From Eledone cirrhosa (taxonomy: Eukaryota): a DNA stretch of 64,000 bases. The stretch covers positions 61,752,001-61,816,000 of the forward strand of contig OZ024742.1 of NCBI GenBank assembly GCA_964016885.1, read 5' to 3'. How positions within the stretch are numbered: position 1 is the stretch's first letter; every line of letters begins with the position of its first letter. Shown piece after piece: positions 16,237 through 29,299 of the stretch. Made by a program: the position numbers and the translations under genes. Under the pieces are notes generated by a model, which ran no database searches, was not told the origin of the DNA, and saw only the letters and a program-made list of their open reading frames with translations.

Positions 16237-16440
16237 AGTGTAACGTGCAGTTACTGTAGGTTCACTCAGGTAAGCACTCGATGCGTAGATTCACGTCTGT
16301 GATTACCACAGCAGAGGTCTGACGAAATTTTGATTCCAGAGTCAGTCAGGCCAGATCGATGCAGATTGAAGCTTGAGTTGATCAACAGCGAAACGTGCAT
16401 CACCACTCAATAAACGTAATGAAGACATAACAAATCTTCC
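16232..16440 (+). mobile_element. Short non-coding repeat with a degenerate HHR (16314-16408); second copy at 36358-36545 (-)
   Basis: GGGAGTGTAACGTGCAGTTACT shared with the reverse complement of 36515-36545; GAGGT-CTGACGA..ATCAACAGC-GAAA-CGTGCA-TC-ACC. Confidence 0.6.
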
Positions 16441-16443
16441 TTC

Positions 16444-16483
<40 letters not shown>

Positions 16484-16691
16484 GGCGACCTACGTAGTAA
16501 ATCGTATCATCGTGAGCTCCGCAAAGGTTTGTTATTTCCGTTTGTTAAAAATTGCCATTTATGGAAAATGTTATTGTTAACTATATATAAGCGCACATAC
16601 ATTGTTTTCCGAAAAGGGCACCCAAAATGATTGGGGCCTTGTGCCCAAAATTTAAACTTTTATGATTATCAAAAGATTTCTTTGAAAAAAA

Positions 16692-18727
16692 ATGGCTACT
16701 TCACCTCTGCACCAAGCAGCTGAAAGCCATCCTCACAAATTAACACCTCACACCGACACCACTATTGTAAATGATACTACGTTTGCCAACACAAACAATT
16801 TAAGCACTAGCAATATTTTAAATTTGTCTCAGGCAGACATTCATTTCCCGCCATTAGCAATGACTGCAGGTGTTAAAGCCGCCACCACCACCACCACCGC
16901 GACAACCACCACCCCCCCACCACCGCGACAACCACCACCCCCCCACCACCGCGACAACAGAAACAAAAGGAAAAAATAAATCAACTCGTGATGTCGAAAT
17001 ATTTTCAACCAAAATGGACTCTTCCAAACCGAACTCCACTGACGTCACCACCACCACAACTGAAACTAAAATTAATAATAACAAAAATAACGATAGCAAC
17101 AACAACAACAATGACATTAAAAAAAACCACCCTGAGTTTTGCCAGAGTAGCAAAACAGTGCGAAGCATTTACGGTAACTCAGGAGGAATTAGAAAATGCC
17201 AAAAAAATGGTAAAGAAAGATGGGTACAGGGTCAGCTTCACCCACCCACCCCCACACACACACACACACACCTAATAAAATGGAGCATCGGCGCCTATGC
17301 ACCTTGTTGTATCGAACAATAAATGTAAAATCGCGCCGAGTGGAACGGGCATCCGAGTCCCAAATCCTAAAAGCTTTGGGACATGTGTGGGCAAGAAAAA
17401 CCCACATCAGACGTGGGCAGAAGTATGGAACCGTGGACGTGTTCTTTGAAACACCAGAGGAGGTTAGAGAACACTCCATGGCCCCATTAAGAAGTGACGA
17501 CTTCACACTCGTCCCAAGCTATTGTGGCCAGAGACTCGTAAAGATCAGGGTGACCCACGTTCCACCGGCCATCGAAATTCCCTGGCTAATAGCGGCCGTC
17601 CTCGCCGGTATCGAAGCCAACACGAAGATAATAGCAATAGCAAAAGAAAAGCAGGAGAACTGGTCCGGATCTGGGATGGAGCTCCTGATCCAAGCGGACC
17701 AAAAAAGCATTGAGGAGATCCCAGAGGTAATAGACCTCACTGACGGCAGCCACCTTACTGTAATTGTCGAGGGCAGAAGGCCTAGGTGTGTCGTTTGTGG
17801 TGAAGGAACCCACCTAAGGGCTTTCTGCCTCAGGTTAAAAGGTTGAGGCCACCTCTCCTACCCACCCCAGTGACTCAACCATCAACACCACCAGTAGCAG
17901 AGATGGCAGCAACAACTGTAGCAGCAACAACAGAAGCAACTATAACAGCAACAACCCCAGCAACAGTAGCAAAACCAACACCACCACCACCAGCAAAACC
18001 AATACCACCACCACCCAACGCTTCAGAACTAGCACCAGCGCCTACACCATCCACCACGCCACAACCAAAACTAACGCCTGTGGAGGATTTTCCACTCCCC
18101 GGCCTATCACAACTGGAGACAGATTGTGACGACGAGGAGTGGGAAACGGTATCAGGAAAAAGAAAAAAAGAAACCAAAAAAGAAAAAAATTCTCTTCCTT
18201 CCCCCTCCAAAAACAAAATACAGAGGGAAACAAATAAATTAACAAACAAAAAAGTTAGGACAGATATGCCACCATCCACACCAGCATCACCAACCCCATC
18301 ACCCCAAACACCAACACCATCACCATCATTAGCCCCAACACCACCATCACCTACACCACAAATGTCACCAGAATGCGAAACAGAAACAAACCCACAACAA
18401 ACGCAAACAAAACAAAACAACCAAAACGATACACACTACACAGCATTAAATTTGAACAACAACCAATTATTACACTACCTCCAACACAACACCAGCATCA
18501 CAGAAAAAGACTACACAACAACCCAAAAATTCACACCACTTCCACACATACAAATCACTCGCATCACACAGAAAACGTACATGATACTAAAACAAAAATT
18601 CCCCAAAGACATCGGAGACTTCCGACAAGCACTCTCCAGGAGGATTTATAAGGACATCCTTCCTGAGGAGGCCACAAGCAGTGAAAAGGATGGAAAAACC
18701 GTCCTTCCTCTACGAGAAGTAAGGTAA
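16692..18727 (+). pseudogene. Tx1-like ORF1 (gag-like, CX2CX4HX4C knuckle), frameshifted
   Basis: CVVCGEGTHLRAFC, RRM-like region, Pro/Thr-rich linker, EWETVSGKRKK motif. Confidence 0.8.
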
Positions 18728-18761
18728 GTGGTCTTTCCCATCTTTTCCACTCCTTTTCAAC

Positions 18762-21100
18762 ATGACCTCACTCAGAATAGGCAGCATAAATGCGCGTGGC
18801 TTGGGGTCGTCAAGGAAGCAGGGTCGCCTGCTCAACGACCTCAAGTCACTAAACATAGATGTAGTGGCCATCAGCGAGACCAGAATCTCCGAAGCACGGG
18901 CCTTCGCACCGATCTTCGGCGGCTACGGTGTGTACGCATCTCCCAGCCGTCCGGGATCGGGGGGTGGAGTTGCTGTGCTTTTTCGGAGAGGTTTGGATCT
19001 TGCCATACGGGCCATCTTCCTGGACCCAGAAGGTAAGCTGGTGGTGCTGGACGTGACCAACGGAGAGGGGAAAGCTTTCAGGTTAGTGGCCGTCTATGCC
19101 CCGACAGGAGCAGGGCGGCCTGATTTCTTCCGGCGTCTAGAGACCTTTCTTGGAACGTCCCGCTCCTAGTGGGCTAGGGTGCGTGCTCTCAGACACGAGG
19201 GGACGAAAGCCGTTCAATGGGCCCGAGTGGCCGAGCCGCGTCGTGGTAACAAAGCCACGATCCGGTCTTTGGTGGACCACGACGGGCGCATGCTACTCGA
19301 TCCCGGGCAAATGTGTGAAGCTTTTCAGCGACACTTCGCTCAACTGTTCGGGGGCAGTGGCGGGCCGGATCGAGGGATGGACTTTAGTGTCTACCTCGAC
19401 GGACTGCCGCGGCTCTAGGCCACTGAGGCGGAGTGTTGCGAAAAGCCGATAACAGCCGCTGAAGTACGGGAGGCAATGACTGGCTGCACAAGGGGTAAAT
19501 CGCCTGGTTTGGATGGTCTGCCCTATGAACTTTACGTACAGATGCCAGACTTGTTCGGAGGCCTCTTGGCGGACGTCTACTGCAACTGGCAACAGAACGG
19601 GAGAATTCCCAGCTCTGTGAGCCGAGGAGCGGTGGCGCTGCTGAGAAAGGATCCGAACAAGGGGGATAACATAGATAATTTTAGGCCCATAACTCTGCTA
19701 AACACAGAGTTCAAGATTTTGGCCAAGGTGCTAGCAAAGAGGTTGGCGCATGTCGTTGGTGGTCTGGTGGGTGAGGCGCAGACATGCGCCATTCCCGACA
19801 GATCCATCCACGACAACCTCCACCTCATGCGATACATCGTAGAGAGGGTAGCTAGGGAACCTGGCACGGGTGGGTCTTTGATCAATTTAGATCAGTTGAA
19901 AGCCTTCGATAGGATCGACCATCGTTACCTAGCGGCAGTCCTGAGGGCGGCTGGCTTTGGGCCCGTCTTCAGAGGCTCGATCGCTGCCATGCACAGCGAC
20001 ATCTGCTCTGTAGTGAGAGTGAACGGTCACCTTTCGGAACCGTTCAACATCATGCGCTCGGTCCGCCAATGATGTCCCCTCTCGTCCCTCTTGTACGTAT
20101 TGACTCTCGAGCCATTACTGCACAAACTGGAGACGTTGAGGGGGTCCCGCGCGAACTAGGATGCGGAAGATCCGTGTCAGCATATGTGGACGATGTCACC
20201 GTAGTGGTGTCGAACGCCAAACACATTGAGGCGATCGGCACTACACTAAGAGAATACGAAGCGGTGACAGGAGCAATGATCAAACAGGAAAAGTCAGTGG
20301 GCCTGTAGCTCGGCACCTGGAGAGGCAGGTCCATGCCGTCCAACAGCGTCGTCGGGCGCTGGACGGACGGACCTATTAAATTGCTAGGGGTCTGGTTCGG
20401 TTCAGACCTCCAGACGGACAAAAACTGGGACGAGGTGACGAGCAGGGTGGCTTCTCTCACCCAGAAATGGGCCGTTCTATAGAGGATTAGTGGAGGGGAA
20501 GAGCGACGACGTACTTGGAGAAACTCTAGGCGTCGACGAAAATCAACTAGCCAATCTCTTCGGAAGGACTTTCGGGCCGGAGCCTATGGACAACTTCCAA
20601 AAATCCCTGGCCTGGCAGTGCTACCGGGGAGCTTTGCCAGTTCGGGATAAACTCTACAGGCATGGAGGTGCCGTCAGCCGGGCATGTCCGAGATGCGCAC
20701 AGCGCGACGAAACCGTCCTGCACGCACTCGTCCAGTGTCCGAGCATTGCTGACTTGTGGGTTTATGTCGAACACCTGCTGTTACGTGTAGGACGGATCCG
20801 GCTATCAGCTGAGTCCATCGTGAGGATTTCCCCGCCCTCTTCCTTTAGCCGGGAAGGGCAGGCAGTTTTTATCTGTCTGGTGGCCATGGCGAAAGAGATA
20901 GTATGGTGGACACGTTTGAAAGGGCTGAAGACGAGCACTTACCTCTTCGGTGATGCCCTGATTAACTTTTTCAAATTTCATTTGAAAAGGAAAATCAGAG
21001 TATAGAGGGAAGTTCTCTCTTCCCAGCATTTTGTTGAAAGATGGGTGAGAGAAGCAAGTATGGCCCGAATGAATGGGCCTTCTCTGAGTATGTGTCTGTA
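18762..21100 (+). pseudogene. Tx1-like ORF2 (APE endonuclease, RT, zf-RVT), disrupted
   Basis: LRIGSINARGL, ISET, GGVAVL, VYAP, GKSPGLDGLP, FRPITLLN, KAFDR, YVDD, CPRCAQRDETVLHALVQC. Confidence 0.9.
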
Positions 21101-21345
21101 AATTAAAGGTGGAAAACTGGGAGAGGGCACTTGCCCTGGTGGTCACGGTCACTGTGGTCTTTTACTTGGCTTTCTCCACAAATGTCCCTCGGAAGTGTCC
21201 CCCCTTTTGGGGAATTTTTCTTTGTTATTTTATTACATCCTCTGTTTTTTTTTACACGCATAAATGCCCATTTGTACCGTCCTGTATTGTCCTGTACTGT
21301 CCTTAATGTCTACTTCATGTAAACCCTTGTGGTTAATAAAGAAAA

Positions 21346-21421
<76 letters not shown>

Positions 21422-21636
21422 GAATGCTATGGTTGACGGAGGCTCGGCTCTGTAAGGTATTATAAATTTTGACCGCTATAACAATTGTAAATTGTTTAAA
21501 ACTTTAACCAACTTGTAGACAAAAACACCCTCCTCCTCGTGAGAGGGGTCTTTCTGCCCGTTATTTAGCCCTTCGCGGTTAAATAACCGCTTATTGGGGT
21601 TTTGTGCCCAATATTTATTTCAAACAAAAAAAAAAC

Positions 21637-23808
21637 ATGGCTACGAAAAATAATTTTCATAGGTCACTCCTACTCATTCCGTCTTCTTCTTCCTCAATCG
21701 TCACTACAGCAGAGAGAAGATTGTCTCTCTCCCTCCCTTCTCTAAATGTGCCTCTCTCCCTGCCTTCTCTTTCGCAAGCGACGCCAGAAAAGAAAACTCA
21801 CGTGCAAAGCGCGCAAGATTTCTCCACGACGACGACGACAACGACGAAAAAGGTGTGCGGGAAATACGAAAACCCATTTCGTTCGTCTGACGTCAGGAAT
21901 AATAGCAGTAGCAGCCGTAATAACAGCAGCAGCAGCAACAGTGACAAGGAAAACAACAGTAGCAGCCACAACAGCATCAGCAGCAGCAGCATAAACAACA
22001 ACAGCATTAGCAGCGACAACAACAGCAGCAACAGCAGCAACAACAACCACAGCAACAGTGGCGGCGGCAGTAGTCGTAGTACCTGCAGCAACAACAAAAG
22101 AAACAGCAGCTCTGACGACAACAACAACAACAGCAGCAAAGAAAAACCAATCTCGTTTGCAGGTATCGCAAAGAACCTGGAAACCATCCTCATAACAAAT
22201 GAGGAATTAGAGGAAACGAAGAAGATGGTGACAAAAACAGGACACCGAACAATCTGCAAGGCAGCCGAAACATTTTTAGAAACCCAACAGCACTGTACGG
22301 TCACGTACCGTACAGTAAGCACAAAATCCCGTAGGGTTGAAAGAGCCACAGAGGCTCAAATACAAAAAGCCTTAGGGTCTGTGTGGCAGCGGAAAACGAA
22401 CATCACCGAGGCAAGAAATATGCCACCGTAGACGTGCTTTTTGCCACACCCCAGGAGGCAAAGGCTCAATCCTTAGTGACCCTGAGGAGCGAGGAAATGG
22501 TGTTGGTGCCCTCCTACTGCGGGCAAAAAATTGTGAGGGTCAAACTGACCCACGTCCCCCCCCGCCCCCGTCCCCCGGGATAGCCCCTTCTTGGCTGGCC
22601 GCGACTGTCCTCGTCGGAATCGAGGACAAAACAACTGTACTGCAAGTACAAAAAAAAGTAAGAGAAGATTGGGTCGGCACCTCCATTGAGATGTTAATCC
22701 AAACCAACCAGGAGTGCATCGAAGCTATCTCGGATGTGATAGACTTCGATAACGGCACTCAACTGCCCATAAGTGTTGAGGGCAATCGCCCGAAATGCTT
22801 TTGCTGTGGATCGAAGACTCACCTCAGGGCCTTCTGCAACGAGAAGACCCTGAGAAAGGAGAAAACCCCCCTCCTTCCGAAACCGGCTCCACGGCTACCA
22901 GCAACAGGACAAGCGGCAACCAGGAACGATAGGTCCGTGGCACCCATACCCACGCCACGGAAATCAAAAACAGCAGCAGCAGTGGAAGTATTGAAAACAA
23001 CAACAGCAATACCAAATGCAGCTGCAACAGAGACTCGAGTGCAAACATCACCAACAACAACAAGTGAAAGAGTGGAGCTGGTACCCCTCCCCGACCTCAC
23101 AGAATCAGACATGGAGTGTGAGGTGGGAGAGGGATGGCAAAAGGTCGTAAGAAGGCACAAACGCAGAAGCAGCGCATCGTCGCCTTCGAAAAGAGAGGAA
23201 AGAAATGAAAAAAGGGTAAAGGCTACTGCAAAGAGACTCACAGCAGCAACACCACCAACACCATCACCACCCACACTAGCACCACCATCACCACCGGCGA
23301 CAACCCCACCGCCAACAACAACAACAACTTCAACACCACAAGCACCAACATCGCAAACACAACAACAAAACACACACCCAGCAACAACGACAAGAAAATA
23401 GCAGAACCACACCCCACCCCCAGAAAAACAAATGCACGGCAATAAATATACACAACAAGAAACTAATGACTTACATAATTGAACACACAGACATTTCACA
23501 ATACGACTACATAATACCAGCACCAATCAAAACGCCAACTAACATAAGACTGCTAAAAATAGCACAGAAACAATACACAAACATCAAAACGAAATTCCCC
23601 AACGCAGCTGCTGATTTCAGAGACCTAGGAGGGACTCTCAACCGAAGAGTATACTCAGACATACTCATAGAAGAGCCGACGACCAGCCGAAGGGACAATT
23701 CAACGGTCCCTTCACCAGACGATCATGTGAAAAGGGATGGAAAACCATCCTTCCTCTACGAAAAGTACGGTAAGTGGTCTTTCCCATCTTTTCCACTCTA
23801 TTTTAAAC
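21637..23808 (+). pseudogene. Tx1-like ORF1, divergent variant, frameshifted
   Basis: CFCCGSKTHLRAFC knuckle, VPSYCGQ, GWQKVVRRHKR; end of the ORF uncertain. Confidence 0.8.
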
Positions 23809-26710
23809 ATGACCTCACTCAGAATAGGCAGCATAAATGCGCGTGGCTTGGGTTGGGGTCGTCATGGAAGCAGGGTCACCTGCTCAACGACCTCAGGTCA
23901 CTAAACATAGATGTAGTGGCCATCAGCGAGACAAGAATCTCCGAAGCACGGGCCTTCGCACCGATCTTCGGCGGCTACGATGTGTACGCATCTCCCAGCC
24001 GTCCTGGATCGGGGGGAGGAGTTGCTGTGCTTCCTGGACCCAGAGGGTAAGTTGGTGGTGCTGGACGTGACCAGCGAAGACGGACAAGCTTTCAGGCTAG
24101 TGGCCGTCTATGCCCCGACAGGAGCAAGGCGGCCAGATTTCTTCCGGCGTCTGGAGACCATCTTGGAACGTCCCGCTCTTTAGTGTTAGTGGGCGACTGG
24201 AACGGGATCTTAGATGCACGCTGGGACTGTGTGGGATTAGCGGATAGGGGTGGAGGGTGCAAGAGCCTCACCAACCTGCTCAGGCGTATTGAACTGTCTG
24301 ACAGGTACCGATTGGATTTCCCGAATGTGCCAATGTGGACTTGGACAAATCGCACTAGGTCATCCAGATCATATCTAGATAGAGTATTTTGTAGGGAAAT
24401 AGATAGGTCTAGCATAGGCTGTCCACAATTCAAGATAGTCAGCTACACGGACCACAAATTCGTGATCTGTGTGCTTGACTTAGATAGGCTTCATAGACGA
24501 GGACCCGGCTACTGGAAGCTAAACGCGTCCTTACCAGCGCGCAAGGCCTACAGAGACCGGATTAGCGAACTAGTTAAGCGGGCGTTGACGGGGGCCATCG
24601 TCAACAACAAGTGGTGGTTTGCTCTGAAAAGAGCGATTAGAATAGAATTGATTAGGTTTAGTAAGGCTTTAGCAATAGAGAAAAATAGAGCAGAGGGAGA
24701 ACTAGTAAGAAAATTAGACGAGGCGCTTAGCAAAGGCATTGCGACCGACGTGCTTGCGGCGAAATTGGCCCTTGACCAATTCTTCAATGCAAAGCACGAA
24801 GGCTGCGTTGTCAGAGCTAGGGTGCGTGCTCTCAGACACGAGGGGACGAAAGCCGTTCAATGGGCCCAAGTGGCGGAGGCGCGTCGTGGCAACAAAGTCA
24901 CGATCCGGTCTTTGGTGGACCAAGACGGGCGCATGCTACTCGATCCCGGGCAAATGTGTGAAGCTTTTCAGCGACACTTCGCTCAGCTGTTCGGGGGCAG
25001 CGGTGGGCCGGGTCGAGGGATGGACTTTAGTGTCTACCTCGACGGACTGCCGCGGCTCTCGGCCACTGAGGCGGAGTGTTGTGAAAAGCCGATAACAGCC
25101 GCTGAAATACGGGAGGCAATGACTGGCTGCACAAGGGGTAAATCACCTGGTTTGGATGGTCTGCCCTATGAACTTTACGTACAGATGCCAGACTTGTTTG
25201 GAGGCCTCTTGGCGGACGTCTACTGCAACTGGCAACAGAACGGGAGAATTCCCAGTTCTGTGAGCCGAGGAGCGGTGGCACTGCTGAGAAAGGATCCGAA
25301 CAAGGGGGATAACATAGATAATTTCAGGCCCATAACTCTGCTAAACACAGGAATTCAAGATTTTGGCCAAGGTGCTAGCAAAGAGGTTGGCGCTTGTCGT
25401 TGGTGGTCTGGTGGGAGAGGCGCAGACATGCGCCATTCCCGACAGATCCATCCACGACAACCTCCACCTCATGCGAAACATCGTAGAGAGGGTAGCTAGG
25501 GAACCTGGCACGGGTGGGTCCTTGATCAACTTAGATCAGTCAAAAGCTTTCGATAGGGTCGACCATCGTTACCTAGCGGCAGTCCTGAGGGCGGCTAGCT
25601 TTGGGCCCGTCTATAAGAGGCTGGATCGCTGCCATGCACATCGACATTTGCTCTGTTGTGAGAGTGAACGGTCACCTTTCGGAACCGTTCAACATCATGC
25701 GCTCGGTCCGCCAAGGATGTCCCCTCTCGTCCCTCTTGTACGTATTGACTCTCGAGCCATTACTGCACAAACTGGAGACGTTGAGGGGCGTCCCGCGCGA
25801 ACTAGGATGCGGAAGATCCGTGTCAGCATATGCGGACGATGTCACCGTAGTGGTGTCGAACGCCAAACACATCGAGGCGATCGGCACTACACTAAGAGAA
25901 TACGAAGCGGTGACAGGAGCAATGATCAACCAGGAAAAGTCAGTGGGCCTGCAGCTCGGCACTTGGAGAGGCAGGTCCATGCCGTCCAACAGCGTCGTCG
26001 GGCGCTGGACGGACGGACCGGTTAAATTGCTAGGGGTCTGGACGAGGTGACGAGCAGGGTGGCTTCTCTCACCCAGAAATGGGCGGAGAGGAAGCTATCC
26101 CTGAAAGGTCGAGCGGAGGTGGCTAACGTGTACATCGCGTCTGTCATCTGCTACCGCCTGACCGTCGTACCTTGTCCTAAGCCCCGCCTGACTGCGCTGG
26201 AGCGTTTGCTCTTTCGCTTTTTGTGGAAGGGACTCGCTCCGATGGTCAGGCGGTCCATCTGCTGTCAACACCCGCTACGTGGAGGGCTGGGAATGCCGTG
26301 GCTGATGATGCGCAGACACGCGCTCAGGCTACGACATCTCCACCTCTTCCTCGACGGTGATCAGGTGTGGTCGCCGTTTGCTAGACACGTATTTATCCAT
26401 CTCGTTTCCTTGACGGAGCTGCAGTCCTGGGTCAAGCGAAGACCGAGAGGGAGCGCCTGGAGACTGGAATGTCTTCAGGCGCTCACAGCCCTCGACCAAT
26501 CGGGCATTGTGATCGGTGGAAACTCCACCTCGGCGTTCTATAGAGGATTAGTGGAGGGGAAGAGCGACGACGTACTTGGGGAAACTCTAGGCGTCGACGA
26601 AAATCAACTAGCCAATCTCTTCGGAAGAACTTTCGGGCCGGGACCTATGGACAATTTCCAGAAATCTCTGGCCTGGCAGTGCTACCGAGGAGCCTTGCCA
26701 GTTCGCGATT
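23809..26710 (+). pseudogene. Tx1-like ORF2, disrupted, C-terminus deleted
   Basis: VGDWN, SYLDRVF, TDHK, GPGYWKLN, GKSPGLDGLP, RQGCPLS, YADD, GGLG. Confidence 0.9.
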
Positions 26711-26829
26711 TTGTTACATCCTCTGTTTTTGTTTTTTACACGCAGAAATACCCATTTGTACCGTCCTGTATTGTCCTGTACTGTCCTTAATGTCTACTTT
26801 ATGTGAACCCTTGTGGTTAATAAAGAAAA

Positions 26830-26904
<75 letters not shown>

Positions 26905-26905
<1 letters not shown>

Positions 26906-27098
26906 GGTGAATTGGCAGTATTGGTAGAGGGTCAGACATGCTTTCCAGCGTAGTTACGTCCCTTTACGATCTGAGTTCAAATCCCGCCGAGGTTAACTTT
27001 GCCTTTCATCCTTACGGGGTCGATAAAATAAAGTACCAGTAATGTACTGGGTATTTTCTGGCCTTGTGCCAAAAGTAGAAACAATTATTATTATTATT
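26905..27098 (+). mobile_element. tRNA-derived SINE with a Meta/MESC-like central domain and (ATT)n tail
   Basis: A-box-like TGGCAGTATTGG, B-box GAGTTCAAATCC, core AACTTTGCCTTTCATCCT..GGGGTCGATAAAATAAAGTACCAG; several copies in the window. Confidence 0.8.
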
Positions 27099-27099
27099 G

Positions 27100-28217
27100 T
27101 TCTTTCAGTCTCAGTCATTGATGTTATTTAACTGGAGTTTTGTTGAAGTGAATATCAAGCCACTACCTGTAGCCTCAGATGTTCAGGACGTATCAGAGGA
27201 TTCTTGTGGTTAGCAGCAGCATGGTTTGAAGTGTTCCAAAAAACGGGGCTGGACTAATCTTCTTTAATCATCCTTGGAAACTCTTTGAGATAGTACCTAG
27301 TGCTCCTATGACAATCGGGACGACCTTGATCCCATGGCAGTTCCAAATCCTTTTTACCTCCCACTTTAAATCCTGGTATTGGTTAATTTTTCTTCCTCTC
27401 CTTCTCTTGCACTCTCGTGTCGAATGGGCAGGCCACATCCACAATCAGGCACAATCTTTTTTCCTTGTCCAAAACCACCAGGTCAGGCCTGTTGCGTTCT
27501 AATTTCTTGTCCGTCTGTATACTAAAATCCCATAGCACCCTCACTTGATCGTTTTCTACCACCGACTCTGGCTTATGCTCATACCATTTCTCAGAATGTG
27601 GTAAATTGTTTAGTTTGCATAGATGCCAGTGAATCACATTTCCTATCATGTCTCCAGCCTTTATAGTGATTCTGGGCTAGGTGTTTACACTCAGATACAA
27701 TGTGAGCCACAGTCTCCTCTCTCTCTCCACAGATCCTACAGTGAACTAGCCTCCTCATTGTAAATATGGTGTTTCACCCACTTCGTTCTGAGGGCTTGCT
27801 CTTACGCAGCCATTAGCATTCCTTCTGTAGCTTTGTTAAGGTCTCCTCTTTTTAACCAGTTCCATGTCTGTAGATCTCCGAATTCCGTTTTCTTAAACAA
27901 GGTGCTGTGAAGGGATTTTTCATGAAGGTTGCTCTTCCTCCCTGCTGTTACTTCCTCCTGGTCTATTGTCTTCTCCTTCAGTACAATTTTGAGCATGGCT
28001 CCTTACTGTCAGCCACATATTTGTGCAGACTATTTTCCTCCATCTGAACACAGTCCTCTATGCTGATAAGACCTCTTCCACCTTCAGATCTCTTTAACTA
28101 GAGTCTATCAACATTATTCCTCTTGTGGGACATGTTGTGGATAGTCATTAGCTTCCTAGTCTTTCTATCCATTTCTTTTTGTACAGTAACATTCCATTTC
28201 AGAATTCCCAAACTGTA
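27100..28217 (-). mobile_element. R4/Dong-clade non-LTR element, 3' fragment (CCHC and restriction-like endonuclease)
   Basis: GGRGL, TEGMLMAA, CRIC..ETVAHIVSEC, LWDFSIQTD..NRPDLVV..IVDVACPFD, VPIVIGALG; (TAA)n/(ATT)n at both ends. Confidence 0.88.
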
Positions 28218-28253
28218 TTATTATTATCATTTTTATTTTCTTTCATTATTGTT

Positions 28254-28445
28254 TCTGAGGGATTGGCAGTATCGGTAGAGTGTCGGACGCGATGCTTTGT
28301 AGCAAAGAGTTACGGCCCTTTATGGTCTGAGTTCAAATCCCGCCGAGGTTAACTTTGCCTTTCATCCTTACGGGGTCGGTAAAATAAAGTACCAATAATA
28401 CACTGGGATAATTGCTGGCCTTGTGCCTAAAGTAGAAACAATTTT
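28254..28445 (+). mobile_element. SINE, same family as 26905
   Basis: Same B-box and core sequence. Confidence 0.8.
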
Positions 28446-28771
28446 TTTTTTTTTTTTTTTTCCCCTTTCGTTATTGTTTCTGAGATATATGCCGAGTGTC
28501 TTCTTGAGACCTAGGGCAAATAAATTCACAGTGTGCATTGGTAAGCCAGTTAATACAGCACTTTGATTATCATTTTTTAAAAAAACCAGTATACATATAT
28601 ACACATGTGCATATGCATATGTAAATACAAGGAGGGATATCAATCATACAGATATTATTATTATAAATGTTTTACCAACGCCTCTAGTAGCTTATATTCT
28701 CTTCACGCTGGTGGTTTGAAATTCCTGTAATGAAAAACACACTCTTTTGTGTCTTTCCCCACTATATATTG

Positions 28772-28828
<57 letters not shown>

Positions 28829-28831
<3 letters not shown>

Positions 28832-29052
28832 TAGGTAGTAACATGTGCTTACGCCGTATTTGACTAAATAGAATTAGTCTGTTAGTTGGGATTTTTTTAA
28901 AAACCCTCTGAATGGGAAAAAGGATGAGCATTGACGTACATCAATGCTCATCCTTTTTCAATTCTATTTAGTCAAATACGGCGTAAGCATATATTACTAC
29001 CTAATTTTCAAATTCGCTACCCGTTTCTAAACAAAGCCTGCTTTGTGTCTCC

Positions 29053-29058
<6 letters not shown>
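28829..29058. repeat. Small foldback between (TA)n tracts
   Basis: 28830-28875 is inverted at 28960-29005; central hairpin GAAAAAGGATGAGCATTGA/TCAATGCTCATCCTTTTTC. Confidence 0.75.
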
Positions 29059-29099
<41 letters not shown>

Positions 29100-29299
29100 A
29101 AAAAAAGGGAACAGTTTCACGCGATTTCATATCAAAAGAGTTAAGTAAATTCATGTAGCATGAGATAACGAGAGAGCCTCTACGCGGTCACTCGAATTAT
29201 TTTTTTGTTTTAAATGAAAACACAATTAGCAATATAGATCATTATATACAAAAAGACGGACGATAACGCTTTGATATTTGTTAGTTCAGTGTTGAGCTT

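Larger units (their letters stand above)
16484..21346 (+). mobile_element. L1/Tx1-clade non-LTR retrotransposon, copy 1, near full length with internal deletions
   Basis: 5'UTR, ORF1 with zinc knuckle, ORF2 APE-RT-zf, AATAAA at the 3' end. (ATT)n at 16445-16483 and 21347-21421. Confidence 0.92.
21422..26830 (+). mobile_element. L1/Tx1-clade non-LTR retrotransposon, copy 2
   Basis: ORF2 and 3'UTR nearly identical to copy 1; 5'UTR and ORF1 divergent; followed by (ATT)n at 26831-26900. Confidence 0.92.

Noticed and set aside
26905-27000. tRNA gene
   Set aside because: A/B boxes are present but there is no cloverleaf; this is a SINE head.
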